Shown in pieces: positions 55,836-64,000 of a stretch of DNA of 64,000 bases. A program made the position numbers and the translations under genes. Position 1 is the first letter of the stretch; each line of letters begins with the position of its first letter. Under the pieces are notes generated by a model. It had not been told where the DNA came from and did no database searches. It worked only from the letters and a program-made list of their open reading frames with translations. Source of the DNA: Thiotrichaceae bacterium UBA4486 (lineage in GTDB: Bacteria; Pseudomonadota; Gammaproteobacteria; Eutrophobiales; Eutrophobiaceae); contig DGNS01000013.1 of NCBI GenBank assembly GCA_002389045.1, forward strand, positions 155,523-219,522, given 5' to 3'.

Positions 55836-58800
55836 TCAGTCAGTGCCTGGCTGCTTGTCTTTCAAACGCGCCCGGCCCAGGTCGTCGAACAGTATATACA
55901 GTGCCGGGATGATCAGCAGCACCAGCACGGTTGAGGCCAGCAGACCGAAGACCACCGAAATCACCAGCGGCTTGATGGCTGCCGCCTGGGTGCTGGTCTC
56001 GGCCAGCAGCGGCAGCAACCCGGCAATGGTGGTGGAGGATGAAATCAGGATCGGCCGTAACCGATCCCGGCTGGCCTGACCCGCGGCGGCTACCGCCGAC
56101 AGCCCGCTGTCTCGGTAGCCCTTGATAAACTGGATCAGCAAGATGGCATTGTTGACCACAATCCCGGCCAGCGAGGCCGCTCCGATCAGCGAGGGCATGG
56201 AGATATACCAGCCCATCAAGACATGACCCCAGAGGGCGCCGACGAACGCCAGCGGGATCGACAGCATCACGATCAGGGGCTCCATGTAACTGCGAAACTG
56301 GAAAGACAGGATCACGAAAATTCCGACCAGTCCGATCAGCAGGCCACGGCCGATGGAACCGGCGGTCTCGGCGGTGTTGGCTACCTGGCCTTCGAAGCTC
56401 AGGTCCACACCCGGATGGCGGCCGAGAAAATCCTCCAGCCAGTCGCCGCGCAAGTCTCCGACAATAGCCTGGCCACTGGAGAGACGTGCATCCACGTTGG
56501 CTTCCACGGTCACGGTGCGGCGGCCATCGATATGGGTGATGCTGCCCCAGTCACGGTGCTCGTTCATGGTCGTGACCACCTCCAGCGGTACGCGTTCGCC
56601 ATTATCGAGGCGGATCGTCTGGTCGGCGAGATCGTCAAGACTGCTGCGATCCGCTTCCGCCTGGCGGATCAGGATCTCGACATCCCGGTCACCAATACGC
56701 CGGGTATCGGCAATCTCTCCGAGCAATGCCGCCCGCAACTGCGAGGCTACGTCCTCGGCGGTCAACCCGAGGCCGTGAGCGCCCTCGGCCAGGGTGAAGG
56801 TACGTTGCGGCTTGCCCGGGCGCAGATTGTCGATAACGTTGTAGGTTGCGGCATAGCCCGCGAGATGAGAGGAGAGATCCAGGGCGGCGGCCTTGAGCTT
56901 ATCCAGGTCCTCGCCCTGCAGTCGAATCTCCACCGGCACCCCGGCCGGGCCGAATCCCGGCTCCTGGATCATCAGCTTGAGCAGGCCGCTGATCTCACCA
57001 ATTTCCTCACGCCACGCTTCGGTGAGCGTGTCGAGATCAATACTGCGCAGTTCAGCGGTGAGCAGGTCCACTATGACCGTGGCGACATGGGCGCCGGCCT
57101 CGCGAGCGCCGGGATTGTGATTGAAACGAACCTGGATAGCCCTGACCAGGGAGGCTGCGCCGGGTTGTTGCGGTGACAGGCGCGCATCAAGCCGCCGCAT
57201 GGCCGTCTCGACCTGTGCGGCCACCGCCCTGGTTCGCGTCAGTGGTGTGCCCTGGGGCATGAGGATACGGGCCTCGAGAACGTCGCCATCGATGTCGGGC
57301 ATGGCTTCGCTGCCGATGTGACCGCCGGCAAGGAAACCGGCCGTCCCGAACAGTATTACCAGCACCAGGCCCAGCACCGCGTGGCGGTGGCGGATCGCCG
57401 CATCGGCGCCGCGCCCGACCTGCTCGCGAAAGACCGTAAAACCCTGCTCGAATGCGTTACGCAGGCGTGACTCATGGCCTTCCCGCAACCCCGGTACGCT
57501 GCCCTTGAGGTGATGCGGCAGGATCCAGAAGGCCTCGATCAGGCTGGCCGCCAGGGCAGCGATCAATACCACCGGCAATACCTCGAGCACGGCGCCAAGC
57601 TCGCCGGCCAGAAACGACAGCGGTGCAAACACCGCCACCGTGGTCAGGAATGACGAAACCACGCCCGGTAATACCTGGCGTGTGCCCGTCACCACCGCAT
57701 CGAGCGCTGTGGCCTGTTCACCGGCGTGGGCGGCGATGTTATCAGTGATGACGATGGCGTCGTCCATGACAATACCAATGGCCATCAGCAGCCCGACCAG
57801 GGTGATCATGTTCAGGGACAGTCCGCCCAGGCCCATAATGAAAAAGGCGCCCATAAAAGCCACCGGCAATCCCAGTACTGCCCACAGCGCCAGCCGGGGA
57901 CGGAAAAACAGGCTCATCACCAGGATCACCAGGGCCAGTCCCATCAACCCGTTAGTGATCAGCATCTGCAGGCGGTCACGGATGATGCTGGTCATGTCCT
58001 GGGTCAGGGTGAGGCGCATGCCCTCACCCAGGCGCCGACGTTCGGCGTCGACCAGGGCGGTCAATTCGTCCATGACATCGAGCGAATCGTCGTGCAGGGT
58101 CTTGCTGACTTCCAGCACCAGGGCACGCTCATCATTAAATAGAATCTGCTCCTCTTCACGCTCGCCGGTCTGTTTCAGACTGGCGATCTCACCCAGCATC
58201 AGTTCGCCGCCAGTGGCATCCGAGACCACCACCAGGTGTTCCAGTTCACGCAGCGAACGGCGCTGGTCGGTAAAACGCAGCAGGAAGTCCCGGTCTGGAG
58301 TTTCCAATGTCCCCAGTGGCATGTCGATGTTCTGACGGGCTATACGATTGGCCAGGTCGCGCGCCGACAGGCCATATTGCCCCAGCACCACGCGTGATAC
58401 TTCGATTTGCCACTGGCGCTGGGACAGTCCGTGAATGGCGACGCCGGCGACCCCGGGCAGGCGCATGATCCGCTGTTCAAGTCCGATGGCGTAGTCCTCG
58501 AGTTGTTGCAGCGGCAGATCTCCGGCAACGGCAACGGCGGCGACCAGGTCACTGCGGTGCAGTTCACGGATCACCGGCGCCTCGGCGCGGGCCGGCAGAT
58601 CGGTAAGGGCGTTGACCTCGGTATCGATATCACTGAGGAAGCGAACCGCGTCGCCGCCGGCCTTCATGCCGGCGGTTGCACTGGCCAGGTTGTCCTGGGC
58701 CACGCAGATCAGTTCGTCGAGGTAATCCACGCCCTTGACTGTATCGTGCAGGCGCCGGCAAATGTCATCCTCGACATCCGTGGCACTGGCGCCGCGATAC

Positions 58801-58943
58801 TCGATCTCGATGCTCACTTCGACCGGCCGGTAGTCGGGAAACGTTTCGCGTTTCAGCGACGGTGTCGCAAACAGCCCGGCGGCCAGCAGCAGTATCAGCA
58901 GCAGATTGGCGGCGGTGGGATGACCGGCAAACCAGCGGATCAA
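55836..58943 (-). CDS. RND efflux transporter permease
   Basis: 1035 aa with the 12-TM, two-periplasmic-loop RND layout. Overlaps the adaptor gene stop by 4 nt. Confidence 0.9.
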   Translation of the reverse strand: MIRWFAGHPTAANLLLILLLAAGLFATPSLKRETFPDYRPVEVSIEIEYRGASATDVEDDICRRLHDTVKGVDYLDELICVAQDNLASATAGMKAGGDAVRFLSDIDTEVNALTDLPARAEAPVIRELHRSDLVAAVAVAGDLPLQQLEDYAIGLEQRIMRLPGVAGVAIHGLSQRQWQIEVSRVVLGQYGLSARDLANRIARQNIDMPLGTLETPDRDFLLRFTDQRRSLRELEHLVVVSDATGGELMLGEIASLKQTGEREEEQILFNDERALVLEVSKTLHDDSLDVMDELTALVDAERRRLGEGMRLTLTQDMTSIIRDRLQMLITNGLMGLALVILVMSLFFRPRLALWAVLGLPVAFMGAFFIMGLGGLSLNMITLVGLLMAIGIVMDDAIVITDNIAAHAGEQATALDAVVTGTRQVLPGVVSSFLTTVAVFAPLSFLAGELGAVLEVLPVVLIAALAASLIEAFWILPHHLKGSVPGLREGHESRLRNAFEQGFTVFREQVGRGADAAIRHRHAVLGLVLVILFGTAGFLAGGHIGSEAMPDIDGDVLEARILMPQGTPLTRTRAVAAQVETAMRRLDARLSPQQPGAASLVRAIQVRFNHNPGAREAGAHVATVIVDLLTAELRSIDLDTLTEAWREEIGEISGLLKLMIQEPGFGPAGVPVEIRLQGEDLDKLKAAALDLSSHLAGYAATYNVIDNLRPGKPQRTFTLAEGAHGLGLTAEDVASQLRAALLGEIADTRRIGDRDVEILIRQAEADRSSLDDLADQTIRLDNGERVPLEVVTTMNEHRDWGSITHIDGRRTVTVEANVDARLSSGQAIVGDLRGDWLEDFLGRHPGVDLSFEGQVANTAETAGSIGRGLLIGLVGIFVILSFQFRSYMEPLIVMLSIPLAFVGALWGHVLMGWYISMPSLIGAASLAGIVVNNAILLIQFIKGYRDSGLSAVAAAGQASRDRLRPILISSSTTIAGLLPLLAETSTQAAAIKPLVISVVFGLLASTVLVLLIIPALYILFDDLGRARLKDKQPGTD

Positions 58944-60310
58944 GGACTCTCTCCCCGTGCCATTGCCTGCAGGCGCTGTTCCTTTTCCGGGGCCCGGCGT
59001 GGCTTCACCGGCATACCCTCCAACGCCGGTATCGGGTCATCGATGATGACCCGGTCACCGGGTTCAAGACCTTCATGGATTACCGTCAGGTCCCGCTGTT
59101 CGAAGGCTACCGTAACCGGGCGGCGTTGCAGACGATCCTGATCATCAACAATATAAATCTCGTCACCGTGGACCGCCGCAGCCGGAATGATCAGCAGCGG
59201 TTCCTGACCCGGCGCCAGGAGCCGCACCTGCACGTACATCCCCTGCTGCAGTGGCGGACGATCCGGCGGCAGGGCATGGCGGTAGGGTTCATCCACCGTG
59301 ACCACGACTCGTGCGGTACGGGTGTTCGGATCCAGGCCGCTGGCCAGTCGTGTCACCCGGGCGGGCCAGCGTATATCATTGTTGGCGCCCGTCAAAGTGA
59401 CTTCAGCCTGAATGGCGGCGAAGTCGAGCCGCTTGCCGATATCCAGGGAATCTGTCGGTGACTCAACGCGCACAACACTGCCCATCAGCCTGCGCAGTAT
59501 GCTCAGCGGCACATGGGTTTCGACCTCGGCGGCCTCGATACTGTCGGCCCGGAACAGCCGCTGGCCGGCGCTGGCATGCTGGTACAGTTCTACATCCACC
59601 TCACCGAGGCGCAAGTCATAGGGGGCCACGAAACGGGTGTCCTGCAGATCCCTGCGGGCCTGTTCAAGCCGGCTAGCGGCCTGTGCCTGCCGGGCCTGCA
59701 GCCGCTTTTGCCGGGGCGGAATCAATGACAGTTGATTGCTCAGCGAGGCCACCGCCTGACGCCGGGCAAGGGTGGCGCGGCGCTGTTCGTCACGTTGCGA
59801 GTGCGATACTGTGCCGCTGGCGGCCAGACGCTCGATGCGCTCCAGTTCCTGCTCGGCCAGCTCAAGCCGTTCCCGCTCCAGTTCGAGTAACCGGGCGGTA
59901 TTGTCCTCTTCGACTGCAAGCTGGTTCGTATCAGCGTCCAGCGAGGCCAGCTCTGCCTCGGCCTCGGCGATGGCGAGTTCAAAGCGGCTGGGATCCAGCA
60001 CCAGCAGCAGGGTGCCCTCGCGCAGTATAGCGCCGCTCTCCAGTTGCGGATGGCGCTCGACCACCCGGCCGGGAACATTGGCAATGGCCAGCCAGCTTTG
60101 CGCGGGCCGCGCCACGCCATGGCCACGTGCTTCGAAGAGGAACGCCAGTGGCCGTACCTCGATTACCGAGACAGCAGGGACATCGATAAATGCCTCGTCG
60201 CGTGTCGGCGGTTGGCGGTTGATCAGAAACAGGACGGCCAGACCGATACCCGCCGCCAGGCCGCCCGCTATCCACCACGCCCGGCTGCGCCGCCCGACCC
60301 CGGCGCTCAT
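58940..60310 (-). CDS. RND efflux periplasmic adaptor (HlyD family) with a long coiled-coil
   Basis: 456 aa with an N-terminal anchor and an extended Ala/Glu/Arg/Leu-rich hairpin region between beta domains. Overlaps the TetR gene stop by 4 nt. Confidence 0.85.
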   Translation of the reverse strand: MSAGVGRRSRAWWIAGGLAAGIGLAVLFLINRQPPTRDEAFIDVPAVSVIEVRPLAFLFEARGHGVARPAQSWLAIANVPGRVVERHPQLESGAILREGTLLLVLDPSRFELAIAEAEAELASLDADTNQLAVEEDNTARLLELERERLELAEQELERIERLAASGTVSHSQRDEQRRATLARRQAVASLSNQLSLIPPRQKRLQARQAQAASRLEQARRDLQDTRFVAPYDLRLGEVDVELYQHASAGQRLFRADSIEAAEVETHVPLSILRRLMGSVVRVESPTDSLDIGKRLDFAAIQAEVTLTGANNDIRWPARVTRLASGLDPNTRTARVVVTVDEPYRHALPPDRPPLQQGMYVQVRLLAPGQEPLLIIPAAAVHGDEIYIVDDQDRLQRRPVTVAFEQRDLTVIHEGLEPGDRVIIDDPIPALEGMPVKPRRAPEKEQRLQAMARGESP

Positions 60311-60933
60311 GCCTGCGTCTCCGTTTCGATCCCGGCCCGTATGCCGCGCTCATATATTGCAAAAACCCCGGCTGCCTCACGGTGAATGCGCTGTACGTCC
60401 CCGGCCAGCAGGGACTGCATCACCAGTCCCTGGATAGTGCCGATAAACAGGGTTATCGCCGCTTCGTTATCAAGTGAATCCGGCAATTCGCCACACGCCT
60501 TGCCCTGTTCAATGAGCCGTTGCAGGCGTTCGCCGTAATGCTGGATGAGAGTTCGGGCAATGCGCTTGGCAGGCGTCGATTCGGCACGCTGCAATTCACC
60601 GAAGAGCATCCGCGGGACACCGGGATGGTCAGCTACGAATTCGGTGTGACTCATAAAGATTGCGCGCAATGTTGCCAGCGGGGAATCCTGATCCGCCGCG
60701 GCGCCATCGATGCGCGCCAACAGCCGCTCGGCCACCCATTCCATGACTGCCTTCCAGATGGCCTCCTTGGTGGGAAAATGGCGGAACAGCGCACCCTGGG
60801 TCAGGTTCATGTGTCCGGCAATGGCGGTGGTCGTGATATCACCGGGATTTTGTGATGCGGCCAATTCCACGACCGTCTCGATGGTAGCTGCGCGTCTTTG
60901 TTCCGCGGGAAGGTGCCTGGTTGTGGTAGTCAT
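60307..60933 (-). CDS. TetR/AcrR-family transcriptional regulator
   Basis: 208 aa with an N-terminal TetR HTH (ITTTAIAGHMNLTQGALFRHFPTKEAIW). First gene of the pump operon. Confidence 0.9.
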   Translation of the reverse strand: MTTTTRHLPAEQRRAATIETVVELAASQNPGDITTTAIAGHMNLTQGALFRHFPTKEAIWKAVMEWVAERLLARIDGAAADQDSPLATLRAIFMSHTEFVADHPGVPRMLFGELQRAESTPAKRIARTLIQHYGERLQRLIEQGKACGELPDSLDNEAAITLFIGTIQGLVMQSLLAGDVQRIHREAAGVFAIYERGIRAGIETETQA

Positions 60934-60951
60934 GGGGCATTCTCTATAAGT

Positions 60952-60967
60952 TAGTAATCTATTACTA
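60952..60967. promoter_or_regulatory. Candidate TetR operator palindrome
   Basis: TAGTAAT-CT-ATTACTA is a perfect 7-2-7 inverted repeat 19 nt upstream of the TetR gene ATG. Confidence 0.5.
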
Positions 60968-61206
60968 TCTTAGTTCCGAGTGCTGCCCGTGTCTACTGGC
61001 CGAGAGGTGCCCAGGCAGTTCTTGAAGGAATGGATTGGTTCAGGGGATACTTTTACATGGTCCCGTCGCTGACCGGTTGTGATGCTTTTCAGTGTCTTGA
61101 ATGGATGATGGGGTGTTGCTGACTTACACGGCCGGCTGTGCTTTCACCCGTACCCGTTGCCATGATGCCGGGTATTCGGGACGACGCCTTCCTGCCATTG
61201 TGCTTA

Positions 61207-61641
61207 TTATTTACGCGGCAGGCGGTTATATTCCGGGAAGTCATCCGCATAGCAGACGGCTGATGCCGGAATGCCCGAGTCTCCCCGTCCGGCCGGTTCA
61301 TCCATGAGAATCTGTTTGAGTACGACAGCCTGGTTATGCTTCTGGTCACGGGCCGCGTACAGCAGCGTGACCCGCCCCTGGTCAGCCAGCGATTTCAGTT
61401 GTTTAAATGCCTGTGGATTATCCTGTAGCTCGCGGCGATATCGTTTCCTGAAGGTTTCCCACTTCTGCGGGTCGTGATCAAACCACTTGCGCAGTTCAGA
61501 GCTCGGCGCGACCTCCTTCAACCAGTGATCGATATCCGCGTCCTGCTTTTTCAGGCCACGCGGCCAGAGTCGGTCCACCAGCACGCGTTGTCCGTCCTGT
61601 TTTGACGGTGGATCATAGGCACGTTTCAGGCGAATTTGCAT
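61207..61641 (-). CDS. DUF488 (YeaO-like) protein
   Basis: 144 aa. The N-terminus IRLKRAYDPPSKQDGQRVLVDRLWPRGLKK...WLKEVAPS.ELRKWF is typical of DUF488. Confidence 0.85.
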   Translation of the reverse strand: MQIRLKRAYDPPSKQDGQRVLVDRLWPRGLKKQDADIDHWLKEVAPSSELRKWFDHDPQKWETFRKRYRRELQDNPQAFKQLKSLADQGRVTLLYAARDQKHNQAVVLKQILMDEPAGRGDSGIPASAVCYADDFPEYNRLPRK

Positions 61642-61662
61642 GGTTTTAGACCCGCACAGTGC

Positions 61663-62895
<1,233 letters not shown>

Positions 62896-63057
62896 GATCT
62901 ATTGCGTTCAGGATGAATGTTCAATACCCCGGGTCTGTCCAGGTGTCCGTGCGGGCGAAACCGGCACCCGTGGTTTGTTGCCGGGCGAATGTTCAGTCTA
63001 TGCCTTGCAGACAGCCGCCACAACCATGCACTGCCGCGGGACCGCGCCTGCTGCCGC

Positions 63058-64000
63058 TCAGCCCGGGCGCCCGTCCGGCCGGGGTGTTGCCAGCATCGGT
63101 GTGTAAAGCGCGGTGAACAGCCCGAACGCCAGGATCCAGCCGATCGCCGCGAGGATGAGGCCGGTTTGATAATCGATCACTCCGGCCGCGGCCATCAGCC
63201 GCAGTACTGTCGCGGCAAAAATGGCAACATAGATAACGATAGCAAAGCGCACCAGCCGCATGGGTCGCCCGGTATGTCCCGCAGTGACCCGGGTCATCAC
63301 GCCCAGTATGAGTGTGCCCATGGCGCCCACGCCCAGCGTGTGCTGCCACAACCCGGCGGGCATTGAGTCGCTAATCAATCCGGCGCCGCGCAGCAGTAAC
63401 GCCAGCACTATCCAGAAATAGGCCAGGTGCAATATCCACAACAGCGGCTCGGCGGCGACCCGCCATCCGGACCATTGCCACAACCTCAGGCCATTGATCA
63501 GGCCGGCAATAATGATCGCCCACCCGAGCACTAATGCAGGTGCGCTGAAGAGATCCAGCACCACGAGCACCACGATAGTGCCGATGGCCAGTTGGTCAAC
63601 ACGGGGATTGCGAGAGACGGGTTCCGGGTTCATGCCCTGCATGCGTAACCAGTTCGCTGAAAATGCCGGCGTGATGCGACCGGCGACAATGACCATCATC
63701 AGTGTAATGACATTGAATCCCGTGTTCTGACCCAGCTGCAGTAATGGGCCCGATGACTGGATGACGCCAAGATGCATGAACAGGTTGCCCAGAAACAGCA
63801 GCCCGAGTACACCGACCAGCAGCAGATTGCGTTGATTTTCATAGCGTATCAATATCATTGCGGCATAGCCGCCAAACACCGGTAGAAAGGCGAGATCCAG
63901 GATCGCCACCAGCCAGGCCGACAGCCAGGCCGAGGTCCACAACGCAATACGTCCGGCAAGCCAGAGCAATGCCAGCGCCAGCAGGGGTTTCCCGGACAAG
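63058..64000 (-). CDS. nnrS: NnrS family protein, 5' end beyond the window (partial)
   Basis: At least 313 aa of polytopic protein with an NnrS-like C-terminal half (WQHTLGVGAMGTLILGVMTRVTAGHTGRP). The ORF runs off the window edge. Confidence 0.8.
   Translation of the reverse strand, partial: LSGKPLLALALLWLAGRIALWTSAWLSAWLVAILDLAFLPVFGGYAAMILIRYENQRNLLLVGVLGLLFLGNLFMHLGVIQSSGPLLQLGQNTGFNVITLMMVIVAGRITPAFSANWLRMQGMNPEPVSRNPRVDQLAIGTIVVLVVLDLFSAPALVLGWAIIIAGLINGLRLWQWSGWRVAAEPLLWILHLAYFWIVLALLLRGAGLISDSMPAGLWQHTLGVGAMGTLILGVMTRVTAGHTGRPMRLVRFAIVIYVAIFAATVLRLMAAAGVIDYQTGLILAAIGWILAFGLFTALYTPMLATPRPDGRPG

Noticed and set aside
58407-59461. Overlapping plus-strand ORFs (244 aa and 199 aa) across the second RND/adaptor junction, plus several Arg/Pro/Ala-rich ORFs at 59683-60437
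   Set aside because: All are antisense or out of frame relative to the RND permease and the coiled-coil adaptor. Their Arg/Ala/Pro-rich composition is what shadow frames of GC-rich repeats look like.

Overview
This is a bacterial chromosomal window with proteobacterial gene content. Coding DNA is moderately GC-rich and the promoter regions are short and AT-rich. By eye I found no rRNA, tRNA, CRISPR array or transposase/IS element. Most of the window is an anaerobic-respiration island.

Left flank (0-14 kb): an MscS channel, a LysR regulator, a lipid-modification gene pair, pirin-yqjG-cytochrome b561, yjcH-actP, and an RND efflux pair.

Core (14-41 kb):
- On the minus strand, a Dnr-type Crp/Fnr regulator is followed by nirS-C-F-D-L-G-H-J-N and a trailing alginate-export-type outer-membrane barrel.
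- A heme-copper-oxidase (HCO) subunit-I paralogue has lost two of its three CuB histidines.
- A heme A synthase gene lies next to it.
- A tightly packed plus-strand operon encodes a ba3/B-family-like HCO whose subunit I keeps every metal ligand but has Gln in place of the cross-linked Tyr. The same operon carries heme O synthase, SCO1/SenC, a dihaem cytochrome b-2x[4Fe-4S]-MvhD fusion, an unknown membrane protein, a hemerythrin and a cytochrome c.
- A complete napFDAGHBC operon follows on the minus strand.

Right part (42-64 kb): a radical-SAM protein, a thioredoxin-fold protein, a two-subunit GMC dehydrogenase, a hemerythrin-domain protein, NnrS, ubiTUV (O2-independent ubiquinone synthesis), nrdD plus a separately encoded 61-aa glycyl-radical peptide plus nrdG, a trans-sulfuration PLP enzyme, a TetR-controlled RND pump, a DUF488 protein, a type-II-like sulfide:quinone oxidoreductase, and a second (partial) NnrS.

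Near-perfect TTGAY-N4-RTCAA (FNR/Dnr-type) palindromes sit upstream of nirS, the HCO operon, napF and nrdD, and at the start of the regulator gene.

The most interesting candidates are:
1. The Tyr-less B-family HCO operon as a non-canonical NO-reductase module. No norCB or qNor is present in the window.
2. The cytochrome b-FeS-MvhD fusion.
3. The CuB-less HCO paralogue.
4. The split NrdD.

All functional calls rest on motif recognition by eye. No database search was run.
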